Virus record (IMG/VR): IMGVR_UViG_3300043391_000200
Coordinates: 1-35,637 of that record
Strand: one strand, 5' to 3'
Origin: a virus
Taxonomy: Duplodnaviria > Caudoviricetes
DNA: 35,637 nucleotides
Below, one piece after another: positions 7,977-15,493 of this stretch (its first letter is position 1; the number at the start of each line of letters is the position of its first letter). The position numbers and the translations under genes were made by a program. The notes beneath the pieces were generated by a model, which did no database searches, had not been told where the DNA came from, and worked only from the letters and a program-made list of their open reading frames with translations.

Positions 7977-8239
7977 ATGAAATACGCCTGAGTCCTGCGC
8001 ACCGGCGCCGAAATACCTGCGGCTTTGTAGTTAAGCGCCTGCTGCGCCAGCATTACAACGTCCAGCGGCGACAGTGTGCCGCCCACGTTGAATTGGAACG
8101 CGGCCCCGTCAATGGACGACGACACCAAAGAGCTTTTGCCCGCCAGGACCAAATCAAACTTGCTTGCCACAATGGCGCGAAGTTCGGCGACATCCCGCGT
8201 GAGGAACACTTGCAGCAGGAGTCTTTGATCGGGAGCCAT
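7973..8239 (-). CDS. Putative head completion protein (gpW position), 88 aa
   Basis: Small ORF between terL and portal, with SSSIDGAAFQF hairpin pattern and an ATGA overlap with portal. Confidence 0.6.
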   Translation of the reverse strand: MAPDQRLLLQVFLTRDVAELRAIVASKFDLVLAGKSSLVSSSIDGAAFQFNVGGTLSPLDVVMLAQQALNYKAAGISAPVRRTQAYFI

Positions 8240-8262
8240 CTACTTGACGCCCTCGGGACAAG
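8240..8262 (-). promoter_or_regulatory. Late-gene upstream motif CTTGTCCC-N11-GTAG-ATG (copy 2)
   Basis: CTTGTCCCGAGGGCGTCAAGTAG-ATG, directly after a terminator. Confidence 0.65.
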
Positions 8263-8263
8263 G

Positions 8264-8296
8264 AAAAACCCGGACACCGTCACACGACGGGCCGGG
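8264..8296 (-). terminator. Intrinsic terminator after terL
   Basis: CCCGG-C-CCGTC-GTGT-GACGG-TGT-CCGGG followed by TTTTT. Confidence 0.7.
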
Positions 8297-8360
8297 CAAT
8301 TTTCTGACAACTACCAGTTGCACTCCCAGAGCTATCTCGGGTTGGTGTTGAGCGGTCAAT

Positions 8361-10139
8361 CTACTCTGGTGCGGCAGGCTCGTCAACCTCTGGTGCGGAC
8401 GAAACCATATCCGGCAGGATCCCAAGGATCTGCGCAGCCAAGACGTTCATAGCCTCCGCGTCCCACATGTGGTTCGGTCTGCCGGTTGCCGTCCAGCGGA
8501 GGCGAGTCTTCTTGGTGCGCTTGTCCACTGTTGCCCGTTTTCTCTCAGAATTGAGATGTCGCACATATTCAGATGGAGCGTCTTGTGGAAATTCCCACAC
8601 TGGAGAGCCTGTATTTCGCAGATTTGCGAGAATATCTTTGATCGGATCGCTGGCCCAATAGAAAAACGTAACGAATACCCGCTTTCCGTTGGCGTCCTTG
8701 AACGTCGGCGCGACTACCCGATCCGGTGCAGAGTAATATCGGCGAATCGGTTTGCCATCTGGTCCCCGAACGGTGAACTGGTCTTCGGCGCGGCCAATCA
8801 GCGCGGTCCACCCGTAGCGAGCGCAAGTGTCGTAGATGCGGCCGTGGAAACTGTTGCCCGCGTCCAGCAGCGTGCGCTTGTCGGGAACCTTGAGCCTGGT
8901 CTGAATCTCACGGAGCTGGTCCACCGTCAGAATCTTGCCCGCCCAGAGCAGTCGGCTGTGCCCGTCCTTGAGCCAAACGCGACAGATCCCCCAGTAGTGG
9001 TCCTGTTGGCAATCCACGGTAAAAACGCGTGCGGCTTCATTTTCCATTGGCCGTCCGTCCTGCCATTCATTGACGAAATACTCGGACGCCTCCAACTCAA
9101 GCGCGGGCATTTCCTCTTCCAATTTCCACGGTTCCGCGAGCCGCTGCATCCGGAAATCTTTGGTCGGCTGCAACACCCCGAGATGCCGAGCGTCGGAAGC
9201 TTGGCACCACTGGATCACCAGGTCGGCCCACCGAATCCAGTAGACGGACTGGGCCGAGACGCGGCGAGATCGGTAGCCCTCGACGTGGTCGTTACACTCG
9301 CTCCGCCACTCGCTGCGCTGCGTCAGTGCCCGTCGGGCTGCCGTCGTGTCTGGAGTGACGTGTCCACAGTGCGGGCACTCATGCCTAACTGTTTTGACCA
9401 GCGCCCCCCAATTCCATTCCCCGTTCTCGTTTTTTGCCTCCTCGTACTTGATGTCAGTCCACGCCGGTTTGACCCACTCCTCGCACCCCGGGCACCGATG
9501 GCACCATTGGAACTCTTCTCCCGAGCGCCACTCCTCGGTGAGCTGGTGGGGCTCTTCAAAACTCTGGCTGGTCAGGAGCGCGTAGCCGTTCCAACGGTCA
9601 TGGAGGCGTTTTTTGAACTGGGTGATGAGGTCGCTGTACTGCCAGCACTCGTCCAAAAAGAGCACCTGCACGGACTTTTCTTGCGCGTTGGACGTGTTTG
9701 CGCCTCCCAGCATCAAAGGCATGTGCGCAAAATAAATGCCGTCCTTCTTGGTGTGATGTCGGTTCGTCGGCATTAGTCCCCGCAGCGGTTCGCACGCATT
9801 GAGTACTGGAAGCAACCTAGTGGCCATCCATTCGGCCGAAGTCGCATCGGTCTGGGTAATCGAGAGCATCGGCCCAGGCTGTTGTGCCACTGCCCAGCAT
9901 ACCAGTGCCTCCAGTGCGGTGGATTTGCCCGCGCCAGTGCACGCCTGGACAAAAGTTTGGCGGCAGGTCGGGTCGGCAAAGTCGGCAAAAACTGCGTTCC
10001 ACCAAGGGGCGGTTTGCCTGTCAAAATGCGTGCTGCGGGAGCTGTGCGGGAACCGGACATTGCCCTCGAGCCAGTCTAGCGGGTCACCGGTGTAGGCAAG
10101 AATGATCCCAGATTGAGAGCCTTCCACGATTGGGTTCAT
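8361..10139 (-). CDS. terL: Terminase large subunit, lambda gpA family
   Basis: Walker A ACTGAGKST, Walker B VLFLDEC, CPGC/CPHC Zn motif, and nuclease motifs TVDCQ and NHMWDAE. Confidence 0.95.
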   Translation of the reverse strand: MNPIVEGSQSGIILAYTGDPLDWLEGNVRFPHSSRSTHFDRQTAPWWNAVFADFADPTCRQTFVQACTGAGKSTALEALVCWAVAQQPGPMLSITQTDATSAEWMATRLLPVLNACEPLRGLMPTNRHHTKKDGIYFAHMPLMLGGANTSNAQEKSVQVLFLDECWQYSDLITQFKKRLHDRWNGYALLTSQSFEEPHQLTEEWRSGEEFQWCHRCPGCEEWVKPAWTDIKYEEAKNENGEWNWGALVKTVRHECPHCGHVTPDTTAARRALTQRSEWRSECNDHVEGYRSRRVSAQSVYWIRWADLVIQWCQASDARHLGVLQPTKDFRMQRLAEPWKLEEEMPALELEASEYFVNEWQDGRPMENEAARVFTVDCQQDHYWGICRVWLKDGHSRLLWAGKILTVDQLREIQTRLKVPDKRTLLDAGNSFHGRIYDTCARYGWTALIGRAEDQFTVRGPDGKPIRRYYSAPDRVVAPTFKDANGKRVFVTFFYWASDPIKDILANLRNTGSPVWEFPQDAPSEYVRHLNSERKRATVDKRTKKTRLRWTATGRPNHMWDAEAMNVLAAQILGILPDMVSSAPEVDEPAAPE

Positions 10140-10636
10140 AGGCTGGCAAACCCTTCCCGTGCGTTGGCCTTGAGCAGTTCAATCCGGCTTCGGAGCTTTG
10201 GCTGAATCTCGGCCTCAGTCAGCCCAGCCAGTTGCCCAGGGAGATCGCCCACTAGCGCGTCCAGTTCGGAGCACCAGACGCTCACCACCCGCGTCGCGGT
10301 TTCGCGCATCTCGGCAGCGGGCACCAGTTCGCCCTTCTCCCGCCCAATGATGATAGACAAGCGCTCAATCTCTTTCGCCAGCTTCTGGGTCCGTGCCTCT
10401 TTGTAGTCGAGCACCGGCTCGGTAGTTGTTGCCGGTTTTGGCCCGTCAGGTTTTGGTTTTGCCAGCGGCGGCTCTACAATTCTGTCGGCAGTGTAGGCCT
10501 TGCGCCATGCTTCCTGCTCTTCTGTAGACCAGTTTCGATCAAAGCCCTTTTTCTCCCAAAACTGCACCGCAGATGGGTTTACGCCGAAATGCTTGGCTAC
10601 TTGGCTATACGATGCCCGTTTATTCTGGTTTGCCAC
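10136..10636 (-). CDS. terS: Terminase small subunit (Nu1-like), probable GTG start at 10636
   Basis: N-terminal HTH (YSQVAKHFGVNPSAVQFW) and EARTQKL..EIERL...EKGELVP motif. ATGA overlap with terL. Confidence 0.85.
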   Translation of the reverse strand: MANQNKRASYSQVAKHFGVNPSAVQFWEKKGFDRNWSTEEQEAWRKAYTADRIVEPPLAKPKPDGPKPATTTEPVLDYKEARTQKLAKEIERLSIIIGREKGELVPAAEMRETATRVVSVWCSELDALVGDLPGQLAGLTEAEIQPKLRSRIELLKANAREGFASL

Positions 10637-10642
10637 ACCCCC

Positions 10643-10672
10643 GTTGTAGACTAGGCAATGTCTACCGGTCAA
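10643..10672 (-). promoter_or_regulatory. Putative sigma70-like promoter of terS with an internal inverted repeat
   Basis: TTGACC-N18-TACAAC, 6 nt before the GTG. A GTAGAC-N8-GTCTAC dyad lies at 10646-10665. Confidence 0.45.
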
Positions 10673-10744
10673 TACCCTACCGGCCAAGTGTACAATGGCC
10701 GTTTTTTGCCGATTGCACAAAAAAGGAGCAAGCGTCCTTAGCCT

Positions 10745-10800
10745 CACCCCGACGTAATCCCCCCCTAGGAGACTCCCTATAGGGGCCCGCCCTACCCTAG
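10745..10800. other. Candidate cos / packaging initiation region
   Basis: Non-coding gap upstream of terS with G-runs and an imperfect dyad (TAGGGAGTCTCCTA). Location is where gpA-type phages carry cos. Cut site cannot be determined from sequence. Confidence 0.35.
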
Positions 10801-11130
10801 GATGGCCTTGCGTGCACGCTCCCCAGCGTCAGCTACCGCCTGCCTACTCACCCCCAGTGCATGCGCCGCAGCAGCCTGGTGCTCATGCCCGGTGATGTGC
10901 CCCATGCCAACGCCAAAGGCTAGCCCTATCAATCGTAGGTGCAGGTTGCTGTCCTTGTGACCTGCGAGCATGTAGGTCAGGAGACGCACGATAGCCACGC
11001 CCCCCGCCGTCTGTGCCTGGCGTCGCAACGTGATCCTGTGCCAGCGCCACACGTCGTCGATCTGGTCCTCGGTCAATCCGAGGTCGGCAAGATCATCGCA
11101 GGCTGCTAAGTAATCGGCATCGTCAATCAT
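10792..11130 (-). CDS. HTH protein (sigma70 region-4-like C-terminus), candidate late-gene regulator
   Basis: QAAAAHALGVSRQAVADAGERARKAI. Last gene before the packaging module. Confidence 0.65.
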   Translation of the reverse strand: MIDDADYLAACDDLADLGLTEDQIDDVWRWHRITLRRQAQTAGGVAIVRLLTYMLAGHKDSNLHLRLIGLAFGVGMGHITGHEHQAAAAHALGVSRQAVADAGERARKAILG

Positions 11131-11315
11131 TGGGGTGTGCCGTCTCTCCGGCTGTCACGCCTGGCGGTGGCTTGCGGCGTTCCCAGTCCTGCTATCGTTT
11201 TGTGTGCGGCAGGACTCACACACTCTGGCCGAGTTCGTGCCGGTCTCTCCCGGCTGTCGCACCACTTTTAGCCCCGATAAGGTCGAAGCCACGCAGGTGT
11301 CGCGGAAGTACGGCA
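11131..11315 (-). ncRNA. Putative structured RNA leader with two GACAGCCGG(G)AGAGAC(C)GGCAC hairpins
   Basis: Repeats at 11137-11156 and 11237-11258, AGTCCTGC/GCAGGACT stem at 11185-11216, and further stems. Confidence 0.5.
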
Positions 11316-11498
11316 TCAGTGATGCACACTAGGCTGCACCTCGTCAAGATCCTCCTGCGTCCACCCCTCCCTGCGCATCTGCACCTCCAGTGCTGCCGCC
11401 CTAGCCTCGGCGCGCAGTGCTCGGGCCTTGGCCTCTTGCAAGTGCATCTTGAGCGCCTCGATGAGGTAATGGTTTTCTAGGCGTTCAATGGGTGTCAT
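11316..11498 (-). CDS. Hypothetical coiled-coil protein (60 aa)
   Basis: ATGA-coupled ORF in a run of small genes. Confidence 0.7.
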   Translation of the reverse strand: MTPIERLENHYLIEALKMHLQEAKARALRAEARAAALEVQMRREGWTQEDLDEVQPSVHH

Positions 11499-11812
11499 TC
11501 CACTTCTTCTTTTGGCATGCCATACGTTTTTAATCCCTTTTTAATTTGCGCCTCCAACACCATTGCGGACGCGCAATCAGCGTCTTCTGGCCGCATAATG
11601 TCTAAAGATTCATCAGCAACCCATGCTAGATCATTTTCACACACTCCATCTGGCAAATCCTTAACGTGTGTAATTTGTTTAACGACTTTTGCGGTTAATG
11701 GTTGGTCTTCCAAATCGCGCCACGGTATTTTTAACGCCTCCTCAATGACGGCACTTTTTGTGCGTCCAACGATTGCGATTTCAACGACAATTGCAACTTT
11801 CCAAAGTTTCAT
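11495..11812 (-). CDS. Hypothetical protein (105 aa)
   Basis: Starts MKLWKV with an ATGA overlap. AT-richer than the core genes. Confidence 0.7.
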   Translation of the reverse strand: MKLWKVAIVVEIAIVGRTKSAVIEEALKIPWRDLEDQPLTAKVVKQITHVKDLPDGVCENDLAWVADESLDIMRPEDADCASAMVLEAQIKKGLKTYGMPKEEVE

Positions 11813-12135
11813 TTCCCCTCCTCCCATTTGCCAAGCGTCCTGAGCAAAGCCTCTGCACGTTGCCGAGCGGTGGCGTCTAGCATGTCGTTTGCTTCCATGC
11901 GCCCCGGATTGTGCAAATTTAATAAAGTTCCAAGATCATAAATGTAATCGTACCGTAGGTAGTAATTTCTGCTCCACAAGTGCTGCTCGGCCTCATGCAT
12001 CGCGTTGAGGTCGGTAGCAAACTTCGGGCAATCCACGACCCATCCGTCTGGGGTTTTATAAATTGGCCCGTATTTATCTTTACCCACAATGTCACACGCC
12101 TTCGCGATAGCCGCGTTGATTTGTTCGTTAGTCAT
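11809..12135 (-). CDS. Hypothetical phage protein (108 aa)
   Basis: MTNEQINAAIA...PKFATDLNAMHEAE...ATARQRAEALL pattern typical of small phage accessory proteins. Coupled at both ends. Confidence 0.75.
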   Translation of the reverse strand: MTNEQINAAIAKACDIVGKDKYGPIYKTPDGWVVDCPKFATDLNAMHEAEQHLWSRNYYLRYDYIYDLGTLLNLHNPGRMEANDMLDATARQRAEALLRTLGKWEEGK

Positions 12136-12356
12136 TTCGTGTTCAATTCGTGTTCAATTAGCCACTGTTCAAATGCATCCCAAACTGCTTTTTTTGGATT
12201 CTGGCAGCGTCTCTCACTGCCGTCTTTTTTGAGCCACAGAGGACCAAGTCTCCGGCAGAAGTCAAAAAGCCAGACACGGCCATTGACGACGATTTCCGCA
12301 CCAACGTGATCGGGTACGCTAATGATCGTGTTTTTATCCCAGCGGAAACTCTTCAT
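12132..12356 (-). CDS. Hypothetical protein (74 aa)
   Basis: GAGGAG upstream of the ATG and an ATGA overlap downstream. Confidence 0.7.
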   Translation of the reverse strand: MKSFRWDKNTIISVPDHVGAEIVVNGRVWLFDFCRRLGPLWLKKDGSERRCQNPKKAVWDAFEQWLIEHELNTK

Positions 12357-12413
12357 TTTGACTCCTCTCCCAGCATGTTGGCTGTGGTCATATTGGTTTG
12401 CATGGTTAAGGCA

Positions 12414-12734
12414 TCACACGGGCCGTCTAGCTGCGTTAAGCTCACTCCGGTCGCGGATAAAGCTCACTATTGAGCCGTAGGTCGTCCCAACCGTGTCAGC
12501 ATCCACTTGGTTAAGCAGCTCACATGCCGCGTCGAGGTGCGCCTCCAAATCCAGCCTGCGCTCATGCAGCGGCGGGTGCACCACGTCGCATGCTAGGCAG
12601 GGGCGGGATGCCAATGCCATGTTCTCGGCACGGAGCACCTGGTTGATCTCAATCTGCCGAGCTAGTCGCTCCCCGAGGTCTTGAGCGGCGGCATAGACGT
12701 CGGCTTTGGTTACGTTGGCTAAATCAAGTGTCAT
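12414..12734 (-). CDS. Hypothetical protein (106 aa, CxxC, coiled coil)
   Basis: Starts MTLDLANV after a C/A-rich leader (CCAAAACCAACCGACAACAGACT). Confidence 0.65.
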   Translation of the reverse strand: MTLDLANVTKADVYAAAQDLGERLARQIEINQVLRAENMALASRPCLACDVVHPPLHERRLDLEAHLDAACELLNQVDADTVGTTYGSIVSFIRDRSELNAARRPV

Positions 12735-12794
12735 AGTCTGTTGTCGGTTGGTTTTGGTGCTGAGTTTAGTCAAAATCCGCTTGGGTAGCTCAAA

Positions 12795-12982
12795 TGTTAC
12801 CGATGTTACCGGTAACAAACGCAAACTTCTTTAGGCGTACGCGCACTCACCCTCGCGCATCACGCCCTTATCCTATTTTATACTCTATTTATAGGATTCT
12901 ATCAGTAACACCGGTAACATGCCTGCGGCCTAGGCACTTACACCGGTAACATCGACGGTAACACTCGGTAACACCGGTAACA
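12795..12982. repeat. Putative replication origin: CGGTAACA iterons flanking an AT-rich tract
   Basis: CGGTAACA at 12810, 12912, 12944, 12956, 12966 and 12975. Variant at 12903. Inverted copies at 12795 and 12804. AT-rich at about 12868-12902. Sits at the 3' end of the primase gene. Confidence 0.75.
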
Positions 12983-15158
12983 TCCGCCAGCGCTTGACTG
13001 TTGAGCCTCCTGCGCGGGCCACATAGCTGGTCCACCCGAGCCTGCGTAGGATCACGCCCACCCGTTTTGCGGCAGCGTTACTCTGGTCCTTGATGTCTAT
13101 TTGCAGCGGTCCCCCCAAAATCTCCCGCGCGCTGTACGTCCGGTGCGACTCCATAAAGCTGCCAATGATCTCCTCCCACGGATCCTCTGGGCGACGCTCA
13201 TCCGCCTCGGTCGATGCCTGAAGCACCGGCACCCCCCACCAGTCCTCGCCCGCTCGAAACCGCGCGACGGCCTCGGCAAACAGTTGTTCGCGGTTGTCCC
13301 GCAGCCAGTCCGGGTTCAAAAACCCGCACCGCACCGGCCAGAACCTACGCGCTCCAGTGTCGTCGGCTTGCCAATCGTCCCGGTTCGTGGTCCCCGCAAA
13401 CACGCTCTGCCGTGGGTGCTCCTCGGTCACCCGCCCATAAGGAAGGCGCACTCGGTCGATACGCGTAGACATGATCCCCTTCAGCCGGTCCACGTCTGCC
13501 CGACGGAACGCGTGCATCTCGGCCACTTCAATCAGCCAGCGGCCTTTCAGACTGAGCACAAAATCCTTGGATCCGAAATCCTCATGGCACTCCCCAAACC
13601 AGTCGCCACCAAGAATTGCCAACGCGCTGGATTTTCCCGCTCCTTGCGAGCCCTCAAACACGGGCATGGTGTCCACCTTACAGCCTGGGCGGAGAGCCCG
13701 AGCGACCATGGAAATGAGCCAACACTCGCCCACCCGAACATGGTATGGGGTCAGCGGTGTACCAAACCCCCGCGGCAGCACGTCGTGTAAACGGTGCGTG
13801 CCGTCCCAGGCCAGCGTCTCCAGCCATTCCTTCAGGCTGTTTTTAGGGTTGCCTCGTGCCACTGCATCGGCAGCTTCGTGGACGCGTTCGGTGCCCAACG
13901 TGGGAAATTCAAACACAGATTGAATCCACCGGGTTACACGGACAGCCAAAAAGTCAGTCCAGTTTTCCGTCGGCCCGAAAGCGTCGGTTTGAATCTTCTC
14001 CAAAAAGGTGTCGTACCAAATGCGCCCTTTCCACCGTGAGTGCTTTTCGAGCACTTGGCAGATACCGTTTAAGCACGGGACGTACCGCCCTTGGGCTCCG
14101 CGCTGAAAGCCAAAGTCCACCAGTTCCGGCTTGCTCTCAGCAATCTCCTCGCGCACCTCCACCCGCTGAATAAGTTCCGTTTCCCCTGTGCGGATAGCAT
14201 GGGTCGTCGTCGTCGTGCGGGCCACGATAAGTTCCTGCAACCCCACGCGCTCGGCGCGCGCTAAAAATGCAAGGCACTCCTCCCGCGTCCAGCCCTCAGC
14301 AATGGCGTCGGCCACGTCCCAGCCTTTTTGGTCGTAGGACTTAGGATGGGCAATTTTCACCTCGCAGCCTCGGACAATTAGCAGCTCGGCAACGCGGGCC
14401 ATCGCTTTCCGCCCCGGTTCGTCCGCATCCGGCCAAAGCACCACCCTGCGCCCGTCAAGCGGACTCCAGTCCACATGATCCACTGCACCGGAACCGCCCG
14501 GCCATGTCGCCGTAGGGGTCGCCGGGTCCAGCGCCCTGTAGGCGTCTGCGCATTTCTCGCCCTCTACCAGCACCACCACGGCGTTGGGCAGGCTGGCAAG
14601 TTGATCCAGCCCGTACAACGGCCGCGGGCAGGCAAACGCCTTAGTCTGCCACACGATCTGTCCTTGCTCGTCGTACCACGGTGTTCGCGGGATCAGCTTT
14701 TTGCCGCTTTCCGTGTCGATGCGGCAGATGAACCCCAGCACGTTTCCCGCGGCGTTCCGGTAGGTGTACCGCGCCGAGCACGCGGGAAGTTTCGGATTTG
14801 GCATGTCCTCAGGCGGATCCAGCACCGGAACGAGTTCGTCGGGGTCGGGCGCGGGTGCCTGCTGAGTTGCCCGTGGCTTCGGTTGCGTGTCCCCGCCCAG
14901 CCGCTTGGCCGCCTCGCCTTGGCCGATGCCGTGAATGGCGGCGTATAGGCTCACAGGGTCGCCTCCCCTTTCGCCAGTCGCGAAATCGGACCACGCGCCT
15001 TTGCGGGCATGGATTTTTAGCGATTCGCCCGGCTCACCGGCCAGCGATCCCACGCACCAGTAATATCCAATTTTCTTCCCGTTGGGAAACCACTGCTTGA
15101 GCGTGCCGAGGTAGTCCGCAAGCAACCGCGCGTTGATTGCGTCAAAATCAATGCTCAT
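12930..15158 (-). CDS. Primase-helicase: TOPRIM domain plus VirE/VapE-like NTPase
   Basis: Starts MSIDFDAIN. TOPRIM motifs VLVEGEKCADA and LWPDADEPG. NTPase motifs FEGSQGAGKSS, IEVAEM, FAGTTN and DDTGARRFWPV. Confidence 0.9.
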   Translation of the reverse strand: MSIDFDAINARLLADYLGTLKQWFPNGKKIGYYWCVGSLAGEPGESLKIHARKGAWSDFATGERGGDPVSLYAAIHGIGQGEAAKRLGGDTQPKPRATQQAPAPDPDELVPVLDPPEDMPNPKLPACSARYTYRNAAGNVLGFICRIDTESGKKLIPRTPWYDEQGQIVWQTKAFACPRPLYGLDQLASLPNAVVVLVEGEKCADAYRALDPATPTATWPGGSGAVDHVDWSPLDGRRVVLWPDADEPGRKAMARVAELLIVRGCEVKIAHPKSYDQKGWDVADAIAEGWTREECLAFLARAERVGLQELIVARTTTTTHAIRTGETELIQRVEVREEIAESKPELVDFGFQRGAQGRYVPCLNGICQVLEKHSRWKGRIWYDTFLEKIQTDAFGPTENWTDFLAVRVTRWIQSVFEFPTLGTERVHEAADAVARGNPKNSLKEWLETLAWDGTHRLHDVLPRGFGTPLTPYHVRVGECWLISMVARALRPGCKVDTMPVFEGSQGAGKSSALAILGGDWFGECHEDFGSKDFVLSLKGRWLIEVAEMHAFRRADVDRLKGIMSTRIDRVRLPYGRVTEEHPRQSVFAGTTNRDDWQADDTGARRFWPVRCGFLNPDWLRDNREQLFAEAVARFRAGEDWWGVPVLQASTEADERRPEDPWEEIIGSFMESHRTYSAREILGGPLQIDIKDQSNAAAKRVGVILRRLGWTSYVARAGGSTVKRWRMLPVLPSVTVDVTGVSA

Positions 15159-15493
15159 AGTCCCGCCTCCGCTTCCTCTGCCGAACGCGCGATCATTGCG
15201 ATCCCGCCGTGTTGCTTCACAATCTTGTGCCACCGGAGCTGTTCAGGGCTTGGCTTGCCCTTGTCGGTTTTGACTTCGATGGACAGGAACACCGCCAGCG
15301 TCTGCCCGACGTGTTCGGGTGTGACGGTCACCGCGCGCCAGCCGATAAGGTCAGCAGAGCCCGGACAAAGCCCAAACGTGTGCCAGCGAGCGTGCTGGTC
15401 CTGCACTCGTCCAACGTGGTTTCGGAATAGGCGGCAGTCGGGACGGGAGCCGATGGCGGCAAGGATTTGGTTTTGGATTTTAGCTTCAGACAT
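15155..15493 (-). CDS. VRR-NUC domain nuclease
   Basis: MSEAKIQ, LFRNHVG, GSADLIG and IEVKTDKGKPSPEQ. Confidence 0.9.
   Translation of the reverse strand: MSEAKIQNQILAAIGSRPDCRLFRNHVGRVQDQHARWHTFGLCPGSADLIGWRAVTVTPEHVGQTLAVFLSIEVKTDKGKPSPEQLRWHKIVKQHGGIAMIARSAEEAEAGL

Noticed and set aside
8469-9776. 435-aa plus-strand ORF, and other long plus-strand ORFs such as 14-742, 4488-5111, 13101-13790 and 24170-24937
   Set aside because: These are antisense shadows of well-supported minus-strand genes in GC-rich DNA. They show no motifs, and the 14-742 frame is not preserved in the second allele.
10637-10747. N-terminal extensions given by the ORF track (terS, and similarly primase, helicase, MTase, RecT, tube 2)
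   Set aside because: The extensions overlap upstream genes or regulatory DNA. Downstream starts give clean stop-start coupling and family-typical N-termini.
11154-11316. 53-codon ORF MPYFRDTC... as a protein gene
   Set aside because: No recognisable protein features, and the region is better explained by repeated RNA stems. Not fully excluded.
12795-12982. Mini CRISPR array
   Set aside because: Repeats are 8 bp, irregularly spaced and in both orientations, which fits iterons.
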